A DNA stretch of 50,024 nt, from assembly GCA_019634025.1 (NCBI GenBank), contig JAHQWC010000055.1:1-50024 (forward strand), given 5' to 3'. This document shows positions 9,840 through 19,937 of this stretch, piece by piece; the first letter of the stretch is position 1, and each line of letters opens with the position of its first letter. The stretch comes from Vampirovibrio sp. (GTDB lineage Bacteria; Cyanobacteriota; Vampirovibrionia; Vampirovibrionales; Vampirovibrionaceae). The notes under the pieces were generated by a model that saw only the letters and a list, made by a program, of their open reading frames with translations, was not told the DNA's origin and searched no databases. The position numbers and the translations under genes were made by a program.

Positions 9840-11350
9840 GTGCCCAACAAACCCAATCGATTGAACATACCGACGTTTTAGAACGGTCTATTTTCCATAA
9901 GTCCAGCCCCGGAAGATGGGGTGTGACACTGCCGGAAGTCGGTGTGGCTGAATCTGACGTACAAACCCTCTTACCAGAGGCCTTTGTCCGCAAGCAATCC
10001 CCTCGCTTACCGGAAGTCTCTCAACTAGAAGCCGTCCGGCATTTTGTACGGCTGTCGCAACTCAACCATTGTATTGATACCGGATTTTATCCCCTGGGCT
10101 CTTGCACCATGAAGTACAACCCCAAGGTCTGCGACCTGTACGGGCAACTTCAAGGGTTTACCAACTTGCACCCCAAAACCCCGGCTCACCTTAGCCAGGG
10201 ATCTTTAAAGCTGGTTTATACTCTCCAACAGCTTTTAGCAGACATTACCGGATTTGATCAGGTCAGCCTGCAGCCTGCAGCCGGCGCTCAGGGCGAGCTG
10301 GTAGGCATGATGATGATCAAGGCCTATTTTGAAAAAACTGGTCAGACCCAACGCACTGAGGTGATTATTCCGGATTCCGCCCACGGCACCAACCCGGCCT
10401 CTGCTGCCATGTGCGGGTTTAAAGTGGTGGAGCTAAGAACCTCACAAACCGGTGGATTGGTCAGCGCAGAAAAAATTAAAAGCCTGCTGTCAGACAAAAC
10501 CGCAGCAGTAATGCTGACTAACCCCAATACTGCTGGGCTGTTTGAAACCGAAATTTTAGAAATCACCCAGGCCGTCCACGATGCAGGGGGGCTCATGTAC
10601 TATGATGGCGCCAACCTCAACGCTGTTGTGGGCCAGGTTCGCCCGGCAGAGATGGGCTTCGATGTCATGCACATCAACACCCACAAAACCTTTGCCACCC
10701 CCCACGGCGGCGGCGGCCCCGGTAGCGGCCCGGTAGCCGTAAATAAAATTTTGGAGCCGTTTTTACCGACACCTATCGTGGCCTTTGATGACGACCGTTA
10801 TTATCTCCAGACCGATCGGCCGGATTCCATCGGCCGGGTAAAAGTATTTAACGGCAACTTTGAAATGATGGCCCGATCCCTGACCTATATCTTGGCGTAT
10901 GGGGCTGAAGGCCTGGAGCAACTCAGTAAAGACGCCGTCCTCAACGCCAACTACCTGAAAGAAAAACTTCGGGACGACTATCATCTGGCCTACGATCGGG
11001 TATGTAAGCACGAGTTTGTCCTCACCAGCCATAAGCAAAAAGAGCAACACCCGGAACTCAACCAGATGAACACCATGTCCATCGTCAAACGGCTCATGGA
11101 TTATGGCTTCCACCCCCCAACGGTTTACTTCCCTCTCATCGTCCACGAGGCCATGATGATTGAGCCCACGGAAACCGAATCCAAAGAAACCCTGGACCGG
11201 TTTATTGAGGCCATGAAAACCATTGCCAAAGAATGCCAGGACACCCCGGAGATGATTTTAAATGCGCCGCATACCACCCCAATTCAACGGGTAGATGAAA
11301 CCACCGCCGCCCGGAATCCTGACTTGAACTACTTTTCAGCAAATAATTAA
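9836..11350 (+). CDS. gcvPB: Glycine dehydrogenase subunit 2
   Basis: YPLGSCTMKYNP, QPAAGAQGE, PLP-Lys motif HINTHKTFATPHGGGGPG, IEPTETES. Confidence 0.97.
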   Translation: MSAQQTQSIEHTDVLERSIFHKSSPGRWGVTLPEVGVAESDVQTLLPEAFVRKQSPRLPEVSQLEAVRHFVRLSQLNHCIDTGFYPLGSCTMKYNPKVCDLYGQLQGFTNLHPKTPAHLSQGSLKLVYTLQQLLADITGFDQVSLQPAAGAQGELVGMMMIKAYFEKTGQTQRTEVIIPDSAHGTNPASAAMCGFKVVELRTSQTGGLVSAEKIKSLLSDKTAAVMLTNPNTAGLFETEILEITQAVHDAGGLMYYDGANLNAVVGQVRPAEMGFDVMHINTHKTFATPHGGGGPGSGPVAVNKILEPFLPTPIVAFDDDRYYLQTDRPDSIGRVKVFNGNFEMMARSLTYILAYGAEGLEQLSKDAVLNANYLKEKLRDDYHLAYDRVCKHEFVLTSHKQKEQHPELNQMNTMSIVKRLMDYGFHPPTVYFPLIVHEAMMIEPTETESKETLDRFIEAMKTIAKECQDTPEMILNAPHTTPIQRVDETTAARNPDLNYFSANN

Positions 11351-11433
11351 CCGCATTTTTTGGCATTTTTACGGGATTTCCTCTACAATCCAGATATATT
11401 CTGTTGCCGAATGACACAAATCTGGGGAGGTTC

Positions 11434-13611
11434 ATGGGATCGATGCCAAACGGATCTAACTTTCTACACACACAAGACTCAACATGGTTCACCCGGTTCA
11501 ATAAGATGTTTGTCTACGGAATCAGTTTTGTACTGCTTGCAAACACAGTGCCTGTCTCCGATACCCATGCTGCTGTCCCTGCATCCGTGGATCATTTTCG
11601 GATGGCGGACACCCTACAGCAACAAGGACACACTGAAAAAGCCTTAGCCGAACTCCGTAAAGCCACCACCACGGATCCAGATGATTATTTAAACTACGTC
11701 AAAATGGCCGGGGTCCTGGCAGAACTGGGCCGCTACCGTGAGGCCATCAGCGCCTATGAAACCTCTATTCGCCTGGACTCTCAAGATCCCATGATTTTCT
11801 TCAGTATTGGCGCACTGGCGGAACAGTTGGGTAACTTTGAAAAAGCAGAATCTGCTTATTTAGCTGGCCTGCGGAAAAACCCACAGTATGTTTATGGCCA
11901 TAAAAACCTGGCTCGGGTCCAAACCCAACTGGGCAAGGTGAATGAAGCCATCCCCAACTATCAAAAATTTCTGGCCAACTACACCAAGCAATATGACGCC
12001 CGCAGAGATTTAGCAAATCTGCTACTCTACGCTAACCGCGAAGAAGAAGCGGCTCGGGAATATCGGCGGTTAAAGCATGAAGATCCCAAACGGTTCTCTG
12101 AACATCTAAACTTCGCCCGGGCCCTTACCCGATCTAACTCTGCAGAGTTAGCCCTACAAGAGCTACAACAAGCAATGTTAAAAGAAGGCGACAACGCCGA
12201 TCTGCTGGAAGCTTCGGCCAACGCCCACGAAGCGCTAGGACAAACGTCATCCGCCGTTCAAAAATACCGTCAGGCATTGTCTCAAAACCCGGAAAAAGTT
12301 GAAATTCACCTGAAGCTTGCCGATTTACACCTGCAAAAAAAGCAGCCGGATCAGGCTATTGAAGCCTACCAGGCATACTTAAACAAAAAGCCAGATGATA
12401 CTCAGGTTCGCCACGCACTGGCAAATACTTACCTGGCGCAAAAGCAGTATCCAAAAGCCATTACAACTTACAAACAGGTTCTACAACAGTTGGCAACCGT
12501 TCCCTCTCCTCAAGCTGGTATGGCGGATCCGGTTCAGCAAGCCAAAACCCAGGAAAAAGTGGTGGAAGTCACCAAACAGCTGGCCTATGCCTACCAAGTA
12601 AATGGCTCTTTAGATGACGCGATTCAACTGTATGAAGCGCTGCTGAAAGACACCGCCTCCAAAGGCCAAACCCCGGATCCACAAATCAAAAACAACTTGG
12701 CCATCGCGTATCATAAGGCCGGCAAACTCGATAAAGCCGTGGCCCTTTACCAGCAAACCTTACAGGCCAAGCCCAATGACCCGGCATTGCGCAATGATCT
12801 GACCAGCGCCCTGATGGCCTTGGGAGATAAGTATTACACCGAAAAGGAATACCTTCAGGCCGAAAAATACTACCTCCACGCCCTTTCCATTGCCCCAGAC
12901 TCTAATGTGGCTCCCCGATTGGGTCTAGCCAATGTGTATTATATTTTGCAGAAGGCGGACTCGGCCTATACCCCACGGGCAGTTGAAGCCTATGAACGCG
13001 TCCTGGTACAGGATCCGCAAAACGTGTTGGCCCGGTTGTACCGCGCCCGGTTAAACCTGCTGCACCGCGAATACCAGTCAGCCCTGCCACAGCTCCAACA
13101 GTTGGCAGTCAACCACCCCAAAAACCTGGAAGTTCAACTCTCTTTGGGCGAAGCCTACGCCTCCCTGGGCGATCCAGCCCTGGCCGCCCTCACCTATGAA
13201 AAAGCTTTAAAACTCGATCCCAAAAACATCCGCCTGCACTTGGCGGCAGGGGATGCCTGGCAACAGTTAGGCGACTTTGCCAAAGCCCAAAAATCTTATG
13301 AACAGGCGCGTCTGCTGGCTCCAAAAAATCACATCGTCCTCTACAACCTGGGCGTCGTCTACCAACGCCAGGAAAAACTAAAAGAAGCCGAACAAGCCTA
13401 CCAGCAAGCCTTTGCCCAAAACAACACCTTCCTGGAAGCTTTGTTTGCACTGGCGACGGTTCAAGAAAAACAACAACGATTTCAAGAAGCACTGGGGACG
13501 TATCAGCAATACGCCCAAAAAGCAGCCGGACAATCTTCCTCTTCATCCAATGCAGACTATCTCAAGCAAGCAGAAAGTCGGATTTCCTTATTGAAGCAGA
13601 AAATGCCCTAG
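11434..13611 (+). CDS. Long tetratricopeptide-repeat protein, probably exported
   Basis: Many TPR-like units (e.g. LAIAYHKAGKLDKAVALYQQTLQAKP); hydrophobic signal-like segment near the N-terminus; start uncertain (11404/11434/11443/11506). Confidence 0.88.
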   Translation: MGSMPNGSNFLHTQDSTWFTRFNKMFVYGISFVLLANTVPVSDTHAAVPASVDHFRMADTLQQQGHTEKALAELRKATTTDPDDYLNYVKMAGVLAELGRYREAISAYETSIRLDSQDPMIFFSIGALAEQLGNFEKAESAYLAGLRKNPQYVYGHKNLARVQTQLGKVNEAIPNYQKFLANYTKQYDARRDLANLLLYANREEEAAREYRRLKHEDPKRFSEHLNFARALTRSNSAELALQELQQAMLKEGDNADLLEASANAHEALGQTSSAVQKYRQALSQNPEKVEIHLKLADLHLQKKQPDQAIEAYQAYLNKKPDDTQVRHALANTYLAQKQYPKAITTYKQVLQQLATVPSPQAGMADPVQQAKTQEKVVEVTKQLAYAYQVNGSLDDAIQLYEALLKDTASKGQTPDPQIKNNLAIAYHKAGKLDKAVALYQQTLQAKPNDPALRNDLTSALMALGDKYYTEKEYLQAEKYYLHALSIAPDSNVAPRLGLANVYYILQKADSAYTPRAVEAYERVLVQDPQNVLARLYRARLNLLHREYQSALPQLQQLAVNHPKNLEVQLSLGEAYASLGDPALAALTYEKALKLDPKNIRLHLAAGDAWQQLGDFAKAQKSYEQARLLAPKNHIVLYNLGVVYQRQEKLKEAEQAYQQAFAQNNTFLEALFALATVQEKQQRFQEALGTYQQYAQKAAGQSSSSSNADYLKQAESRISLLKQKMP

Positions 13612-13620
13612 GAACGCTGG

Positions 13621-14067
13621 TTAAATAACTCTAAGCGTAATAATCGCCGTTACTGCCCCCAAAATCCCCCCAACCACCACTTCGGTGGGCGTATGACCCA
13701 ACAGCTCTCGCAACCGTTCCGGCAGTTTCTCGGGGTGGTGCGTATAAAAATCTTCCGAGATCTGATTCAAGATCCCCGCCATTCGACCCGCTGCCCGGCG
13801 AACGCCGGCAGCATCATACATCACCACCACCGCAACAGACAGCGCCACGGCAAACATCACAGACTCATACCCTTTCAATTCCCCCACACTAATGGCCATA
13901 GCCATCATAAAGGCGCTGTGGCTGCTGGGCATCCCCCCTGTCTCTACCATCAGCTTATAGTTCAGGGTTTTGTGAAAAATATAATGGGTCACCACCTTAA
14001 AGGCCTGAGCAATAAACATCGCGATTCCGGCGGAGATGAGAACCTCAATACCATTTCCTTCAACCAT
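13621..14067 (-). CDS. Divergent PAP2 family protein (DUF212)
   Basis: TGGMPSSHSA, VMYDAAGVRRAAG, LRELLGHTP. Confidence 0.93.
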   Translation of the reverse strand: MVEGNGIEVLISAGIAMFIAQAFKVVTHYIFHKTLNYKLMVETGGMPSSHSAFMMAMAISVGELKGYESVMFAVALSVAVVVMYDAAGVRRAAGRMAGILNQISEDFYTHHPEKLPERLRELLGHTPTEVVVGGILGAVTAIITLRVI

Positions 14068-14069
14068 GA

Positions 14070-15047
14070 CTAGTGAATCCGCCTTTGAATAAACCGTGCC
14101 AGATCATTTAAGGCGCTGGTGTCTTCTAAACCAAGTTGATCTAACGTCGCCATAGCTTCCTGCACCAGATCTTCGGCCAGCGTCACTGTTTTAGACACCC
14201 CATAAAAATCGGGATACGTGGCCTTTTTCTGAATCAAATCCTTCCCGGCGGTCTTCCCCAAGGTGTCTGAGGTAGATTGAACATCCAACAGATCATCCAC
14301 AATCTGGAACGCCAGCCCCAAGGTCTTTCCAAAGCGTTGGAACCCCTCCACCACAGCTGCATCCGCCCCGGCCAACCTGACGCCAGCCACGGCAGAAAAA
14401 GTGAAGAGAGCGCCGGTCTTATAGGTGTGAATATATTCCAGCACCGCCTCATCGTACGGCTGGCCTTCATACAAAATATCCACCAACTGCCCGTTCACCA
14501 AACCATGGATTCCAGCCACATCGGAGAGATCGCTCACTAAATCCAACAAGCTCTGGGCGGTCACCTGATCTGACAGCGGCGTGTGTTTGGTCATCAGCCC
14601 AAACGCCATCCCCAACAATGCATCACCTGTCAGCAACGCCGTGGCTTCATCAAACGCTTTATGCAAGGTGGGCTGGCCTCGACGCAAATCATCATTGTCC
14701 ATACAGGGCAAATCATCATGGATCAGGCTAAAAGCATGGATAATCTCTACAGCACAGGCTGTGGGCAAAGCGGTTTCCATGTTTCCCCCACAGGCGCGGC
14801 AGCTTTCCAAAATCAACACCGGCCGCATGCGTTTACCACCCTTCAAGGTGCTATACCGGATGGCTTCCCACAACCGTTCTGTCCCTTTTACAGGGGCTTC
14901 ACCGTGTTTGCGGCTGGATTCTGTTTCCAACAACCGAGCTAAGCCCGCCTGAAAATAAGCCAGGGTTTCAGAGAATCTTGTGTCATAGGGAACAGCCTCT
15001 GCTGTGTGATATCCCTTACTATGTTCTATCATCGGTTGGGCGTTCAT
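14070..15047 (-). CDS. crtE: Geranylgeranyl/farnesyl diphosphate synthase
   Basis: GGKRMRP, SLIHDDLPCMDNDDLRRG, KTGALF, FQIVDDLLD, GKTAGKD; next to DUF212; start uncertain (track gives 15083). Confidence 0.92.
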   Translation of the reverse strand: MNAQPMIEHSKGYHTAEAVPYDTRFSETLAYFQAGLARLLETESSRKHGEAPVKGTERLWEAIRYSTLKGGKRMRPVLILESCRACGGNMETALPTACAVEIIHAFSLIHDDLPCMDNDDLRRGQPTLHKAFDEATALLTGDALLGMAFGLMTKHTPLSDQVTAQSLLDLVSDLSDVAGIHGLVNGQLVDILYEGQPYDEAVLEYIHTYKTGALFTFSAVAGVRLAGADAAVVEGFQRFGKTLGLAFQIVDDLLDVQSTSDTLGKTAGKDLIQKKATYPDFYGVSKTVTLAEDLVQEAMATLDQLGLEDTSALNDLARFIQRRIH

Positions 15048-15054
15048 TGGGGCA

Positions 15055-16185
15055 TTATAGCGAGTCCGGCGGCTCTTCAGCAAGAACCTGGTCCATATCG
15101 GCAGAAACCTGCTGCCTACGGGTACGGCGCGAAGCCTCCCGGTCCTTGCCTTTTAACCGCAAAATCTCTACAGGCGTTTGGCCCCGACGGTGCAGGGTCT
15201 TAGATCCATAATCTTCTTTTTGGCTAGTCTGCTGAACAGTCCGTTTATAACTGCGGGCCTCCTCAATCATCGCCAGGTAGCTTTGGTACCGGCTCTCATC
15301 CAAGGCTTCTATATTTGCCAACACCGCACAACCCGATTCATCGATATGTAAGCAATCTGAAAACTCACAGGCTTCACGGTACGGAGCAAACTCTCGGTAA
15401 GCTGCTTCAATAGCATTAGGCAGAACCGTATCAAACTTTAGCTGGCTAAACCCCGGCGTATCGGCAATCACCGTATCTGTGGCCACTGTTAAAAGCTCTA
15501 CATGACGGGTGGTGTGTTGCCCTCGACCCAGGGCTTCAGACACCGGTTTTATTTTCAGATCTAGCGACGGATTCACGGCATTCAGTAAAGAGGACTTCCC
15601 CGCCCCACTTAACCCAGCCAGCACGGACATTTTGCCCTTAATTTCAGACAGAAGAGGAGCAAAGGATTCCGGTTGGTAAACAGAGGTGTTGAAGACACGG
15701 TAACCTAAATGATCACTGTAGCACTGGTGAATAGGGTTCAATTGCTCAGGAGAAGCCGCCAAGTCAGTTTTGCTAAGGCAAATAACCGGTTCAATTCCGG
15801 CAATGGCAACCTGAGTCAGATACCGGTCCAGCTGCGCACCGTCAAAGTCCGGCTCTTGAAATGGGTGTACAATAACTACCCGGTCTACATTGGCAATTTT
15901 AGGGCGCTCCAGCCGATTTTGCCGGGGCAGTACCGATTGAATCCGGCCGGTGTTGTTTTGCGGATCCAACGCATCCAACGTCACCCGGTCCCCGACCAAT
16001 ACTTCGGTTCGCTCTTTTTTTAAGAGGCCCCGCAAAGAACATTCATAAAGAGGGCACTCATCCAAAACGTCACCCTGTTGATTACCCGCAGCGTCCTTGT
16101 CCAGATCCAGCGCAACGTAGTAAAAATTAGAATGGGATCGCTGAACTCGTCCTTGAGAAGGTGTAGGAATCACGTTCTGATCCAT
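15055..16185 (-). CDS. rsgA: Ribosome small subunit-dependent GTPase A
   Basis: Circularly permuted GTPase: SKTD, GLSGAGKSSLLN, GRGQHTTRH, DTPGF, Zn finger CEFSDCLHIDESGCAV. Confidence 0.95.
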   Translation of the reverse strand: MDQNVIPTPSQGRVQRSHSNFYYVALDLDKDAAGNQQGDVLDECPLYECSLRGLLKKERTEVLVGDRVTLDALDPQNNTGRIQSVLPRQNRLERPKIANVDRVVIVHPFQEPDFDGAQLDRYLTQVAIAGIEPVICLSKTDLAASPEQLNPIHQCYSDHLGYRVFNTSVYQPESFAPLLSEIKGKMSVLAGLSGAGKSSLLNAVNPSLDLKIKPVSEALGRGQHTTRHVELLTVATDTVIADTPGFSQLKFDTVLPNAIEAAYREFAPYREACEFSDCLHIDESGCAVLANIEALDESRYQSYLAMIEEARSYKRTVQQTSQKEDYGSKTLHRRGQTPVEILRLKGKDREASRRTRRQQVSADMDQVLAEEPPDSL

Positions 16186-17005
16186 TAGACAAGGTATCCA
16201 ATTGTTGTATCACTTGAGAAAATAGGGTGAGTGAGCTTTGATGCGCTTGGGTCCAGCCAAAATCCAGAGAGCGCGTGAAATAGCGTCGAAGTGTCGCCGG
16301 TGATATTTTACACCGATCCTCCGCCAGCCGCACCGCTTCTTCTAGGTGAGTACCGTCTGCAAAGAAAGCTTCGCGACTCTCACACAAGCGCTGGGTAACC
16401 TGTTGCAGGGTTTCAGCATTTGTCTGTGCCCAATCTTTTTGAGCCACCCACACCGCAAACACAAAAGGCAAACCGGTTTGCCGGAACCACAGGTCCGCTA
16501 AATCATAACAGTAATACCCTTCCTCCGGCAAAACATCCGCCATCATCAAAGCATGATCCCCAATAATTAAAGCATTTCCGGAAGATTCCAGTGCTGCCGC
16601 ATAATCGCCGGCAACATAGGATTTAAACCAAGGCCGAAAATCCACTTTCACAGACTGCTGTAGAAGGTGGGCCAGCAAAGCAATAGAGGTTTCTGAATCA
16701 TCCGGCACCATAATGGCAGGTAAGTCCAACAGGGTATGATTCATGGGATTTTTAGAGACAAACAACACACTTTCCACCGCCCCAGGAGAACTCACCGACA
16801 ACCCCGGCACCAAGAGGAGTTGGCGTTGGTGCCGCAAATAATGGGCGCTGGAGACGGGCGAGATTTCCAATTTACCCGCCGCCACAAACTGATTCAACGA
16901 TGCCGGAGATGCATACACTAAAGATTCCAGTTCGTTCGGCTGAAACAAATGATAAATGGGCAGGGTATTAATAAAAGAAATGGCGCCAATAGAAACCGGT
17001 CTCAC
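16127..17005 (-). CDS. mqnA: Chorismate dehydratase, futalosine pathway
   Basis: IGAISFINTLP, GAVESVL, SETS..L, LIIGDHAL, DLADLW...TGLPFVFAVW. Confidence 0.9.
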   Translation of the reverse strand: MRPVSIGAISFINTLPIYHLFQPNELESLVYASPASLNQFVAAGKLEISPVSSAHYLRHQRQLLLVPGLSVSSPGAVESVLFVSKNPMNHTLLDLPAIMVPDDSETSIALLAHLLQQSVKVDFRPWFKSYVAGDYAAALESSGNALIIGDHALMMADVLPEEGYYCYDLADLWFRQTGLPFVFAVWVAQKDWAQTNAETLQQVTQRLCESREAFFADGTHLEEAVRLAEDRCKISPATLRRYFTRSLDFGWTQAHQSSLTLFSQVIQQLDTLSNGSERDSYTFSRTSSAIPF

Positions 17006-17044
17006 GTTTTCAGGCTCCTCTCACCTCAGAATGTATAGGACCTG

Positions 17045-17142
17045 CGTCGTCCTGAACGGAGTGAAGGATCCCCTGCGGGACAGAGGTCCAACGTGATCCC
17101 GCAGGGGGTCCTTCGTTTCGCTCCGCTACACTCAGGACGACG
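17045..17142. repeat. REP-like long hairpin element
   Basis: CGTCGTCCTGA..GAAGGATCCCCTGCGGGA pairs with TCCCGCAGGGGGTCCTTC..TCAGGACGACG. Confidence 0.75.
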
Positions 17143-17169
17143 ATGGCTTCAAGCACTCGCGGCATTTCT

Positions 17170-18342
17170 TCAATCAATCTTATCTGGGCGTGGGTATACG
17201 TTTAAAATCTGGTACGTCGTATCCCGTTCTACTGGGGTTTTCCCAGCCTTCCAAATCATGGTCAGCAGATCCTGCTTAGTCATATGCTCGGCGCTTTCGG
17301 TGCCGGCCGCATGGGCAATTTTTTCTTCTACCACCGTTCCGTCCACATCATCCACCCCAAAGTTCAGCCCGACTTGGGACAGTTTCTCACCAATGTGAAT
17401 CCAGAATGCTTTGAGGTGAGGCACGTTATCTAAAATTAATCGGCTCACGGCAAAGTTCTTCAGATTCTCCACACCAGTCTGGGCATGAGCCGGATCAATT
17501 TTATTGCCTTCGTAATAGCAGTTCAGGGGAATAAAGCACATAAACCCACCGGTTAAATCCTGCTGATCCCGAAGGGCCAAGGCATGATCAATCCGCTCCT
17601 GATAAGTTTCTCCCAGGCCAGCAAGTAAGGTGGCATTGCTTTTCAGACCCAATTTGTGGGCTTTTCCGTGGATATCCAGCCACTGTTCTCCGGTAATTTT
17701 GCTGGGGCAAACCTCTTCACGCACTCTTGGCGCAAACACCTCAGCCCCACCACCGGGCAGAGATTGCAGACCGGCATCTTTGAGGGTCAAAATGGTTTCT
17801 TCCACCGTAATGCCCGCCAGTTTTGCAAAATAATCCAGCTCCACTGCCGTCAGCCCTTTAATGTGGACATGGGGAAAGTGCTTTTTCAGGGCTTTAAACA
17901 GATCCACGTAATACTCCAAACCTTGCTCAGGATACAGGCCCGACACAATGTGGAATTCCGACAAGGTGTCCTTGGCAGAATACTGATTCACGTGATCCAC
18001 CACGTCATCCACCGACATGGCATAGGCAAATGGGGATTTCTCTCCTTTTTTGTAGGAGCAAAACTTGCAGTTCAGTTCGCAAATATTGGTGGGGTTAATG
18101 TGGAAGTTATGCACCCAATACACATAATCCCGGTTTTCCACAGGCGTCCTTAAAATTCTGGCGGTATCCGCCAAAATACCCACAGACAATAGATCATCAC
18201 ACTCATACACCTCAATAGCCTCATCCCGGCTAATCCGTTGACCTTCCAACACCTTGGCGTAAATGTGCTTTAACGGGTTTGAGGGGCGCGTAATATACTG
18301 CTCTTTTAACCCATCCAACCGATCTACCACTGTGGCTGCCAT
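17170..18342 (-). CDS. mqnE: Aminofutalosine synthase (CofH/MqnE radical SAM family)
   Basis: CELNCKFC radical SAM motif, SLPGGGAE, HLKAFW..GEKLSQVGLNFGVDDVDGTVVEEKIAHAAG (more MqnE-like than MqnC-like); AGGAGG RBS before ATG 18342. Confidence 0.82.
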   Translation of the reverse strand: MAATVVDRLDGLKEQYITRPSNPLKHIYAKVLEGQRISRDEAIEVYECDDLLSVGILADTARILRTPVENRDYVYWVHNFHINPTNICELNCKFCSYKKGEKSPFAYAMSVDDVVDHVNQYSAKDTLSEFHIVSGLYPEQGLEYYVDLFKALKKHFPHVHIKGLTAVELDYFAKLAGITVEETILTLKDAGLQSLPGGGAEVFAPRVREEVCPSKITGEQWLDIHGKAHKLGLKSNATLLAGLGETYQERIDHALALRDQQDLTGGFMCFIPLNCYYEGNKIDPAHAQTGVENLKNFAVSRLILDNVPHLKAFWIHIGEKLSQVGLNFGVDDVDGTVVEEKIAHAAGTESAEHMTKQDLLTMIWKAGKTPVERDTTYQILNVYPRPDKID

Positions 18343-18471
18343 CGCCGTGCCTCCTACATGTATTATCATTCTCCAGCTATCTGCTTATACTGTCGTACAA
18401 ACAGACCCCGCCAGCAAGAAGGGCCTTTTTATTAGGGGGATATGCACATTTAGATCTCAAAAGTTTTGCCC

Positions 18472-18520
18472 GTGTGTCATTCCCGCGAAGGCGGGAATCC
18501 ATTGACAGCACTTGATAATA
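18472..18520. repeat. REP/dRS3-like short palindromic repeat, copy 2
   Basis: Near-identical to 3563-3611. Confidence 0.8.
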
Positions 18521-18629
18521 GCTGACCCTGTACGAGCACAGGAATACTACCCAACCTCCTTGACATCCACCCAAAGCCGGTTACCCTCTCTACAAAGATA
18601 CGCAACACCATTCGACATCCACAAAAAAA

Positions 18630-18681
18630 GATCCCAATGATCCCAAATTAAATTTTCTAAGGGGATCTCAAAGATCCCAAA
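18630..18681 (-). repeat. Two doublets of the TTTGGGATC 9-mer, in reverse orientation
   Basis: GATCCCAATGATCCCAAA (18630) and GATCTCAAAGATCCCAAA (18664); reverse complement of the array at 48336-48417. Confidence 0.7.
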
Positions 18682-18896
18682 TAAAAAATGAACAAACAGG
18701 AACTTCCCACCATCATTCACCGTCTAAACGGATACGGCATCAGTACGGCATTGGAAAGACGAAGACCCGGTCATCGTGTTAAAATTCATTAAGGAATTCA
18801 GAGGTTGTTGCACCTCTCTTCTCGGTTTTGTTTTTAACTGAATAACTTACCGAGATTAAAAGGTCAGGCATTTACCCAGGGAAGGACCCAACATCC

Positions 18897-19937
18897 GTGA
18901 CATTCACTGTTTTAAACAGGAACAAGTCTCACCAAGCCAGACACATATTAATGGCGGGTAGTTTAACCGTTGCTTTGGCCTTAAGTGGCTTGACACCAAT
19001 GGCCTTTGCCAAAACGCCCCGGCTTGCCACTAAAGACTTTCTACCCCCAATCGCCTCTATTAACGGCAAGGTAGAAGCCATCATTCCAGAAGTCGGCGAA
19101 GCGTCAGACCCGGAATCTTTATTAGAACCTGTATCCCTGGCTGCTGTGAGTTCCCCGGTGCTGAAAACTACCCCCAAGGTAGAAACCCTCAAAAACGATC
19201 TTAGCGCCCGGATGAACAGCGACGAATTCCAGACCATCCTCAGCCTACAACACGCTCAGGATGCCGAAGACCTGAAAAACCTGTGGGACGCCACCGTAGA
19301 ACGTAACCCAGTCATCCGGTTTTCGCTGGAAAAATTGGCCACCCCCCCGGATCTCCATACGTCTAAGTCCAGCATGTTCTTAAAAAAGACGCTGAACATG
19401 ATGATTATGAGTGCCGCCATGGGATCCTCACTTCTACCCGGTGCCGGTGGGGCATACCGCCAGATGGGCGTGATGGCTGGTGGGGACGCCGTGCAAAACC
19501 TGGTCAGTGGTAAAACCCGACCTCAAGGTGATTTTCTAACCACTACTGAGCAAATCCAGCTGGCTGGCCTCATCGATGAACTGCAAGGCAAGCTGTACCA
19601 GAGCTACCATGACTATAAAAACTCTTTACAGCTCATTACCGCCGCTCACCAAAAGACGGTGGAGAGCAATAAACTGTATTCCAAAGCCTTGGCCAGTAAA
19701 AACGAAACTGCCTGTGTCGCCGCCGGATCCGCTTATTATAAAGCCCTCCTAAACGAAACCCGTCTGCGCCAAGAAGCGATGAAGCAACGTATCCAATTAG
19801 AACGCCTGGCAGGTATCGAGCCCGTCCAGCAACTCGCACTGGCTGTGGATGTCCCGGACCAGACTGCCGATAGCTCAACACCCGATACAGCAGGCTTACT
19901 CCTAGATAAGGCCATTACCGATGAAACAGATGAGTAA
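18897..19937 (+). CDS. Exported alpha-helical hypothetical protein, paralogue A
   Basis: Signal peptide ending AFA; shares motifs with the downstream ORF. Confidence 0.8.
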   Translation: MTFTVLNRNKSHQARHILMAGSLTVALALSGLTPMAFAKTPRLATKDFLPPIASINGKVEAIIPEVGEASDPESLLEPVSLAAVSSPVLKTTPKVETLKNDLSARMNSDEFQTILSLQHAQDAEDLKNLWDATVERNPVIRFSLEKLATPPDLHTSKSSMFLKKTLNMMIMSAAMGSSLLPGAGGAYRQMGVMAGGDAVQNLVSGKTRPQGDFLTTTEQIQLAGLIDELQGKLYQSYHDYKNSLQLITAAHQKTVESNKLYSKALASKNETACVAAGSAYYKALLNETRLRQEAMKQRIQLERLAGIEPVQQLALAVDVPDQTADSSTPDTAGLLLDKAITDETDE

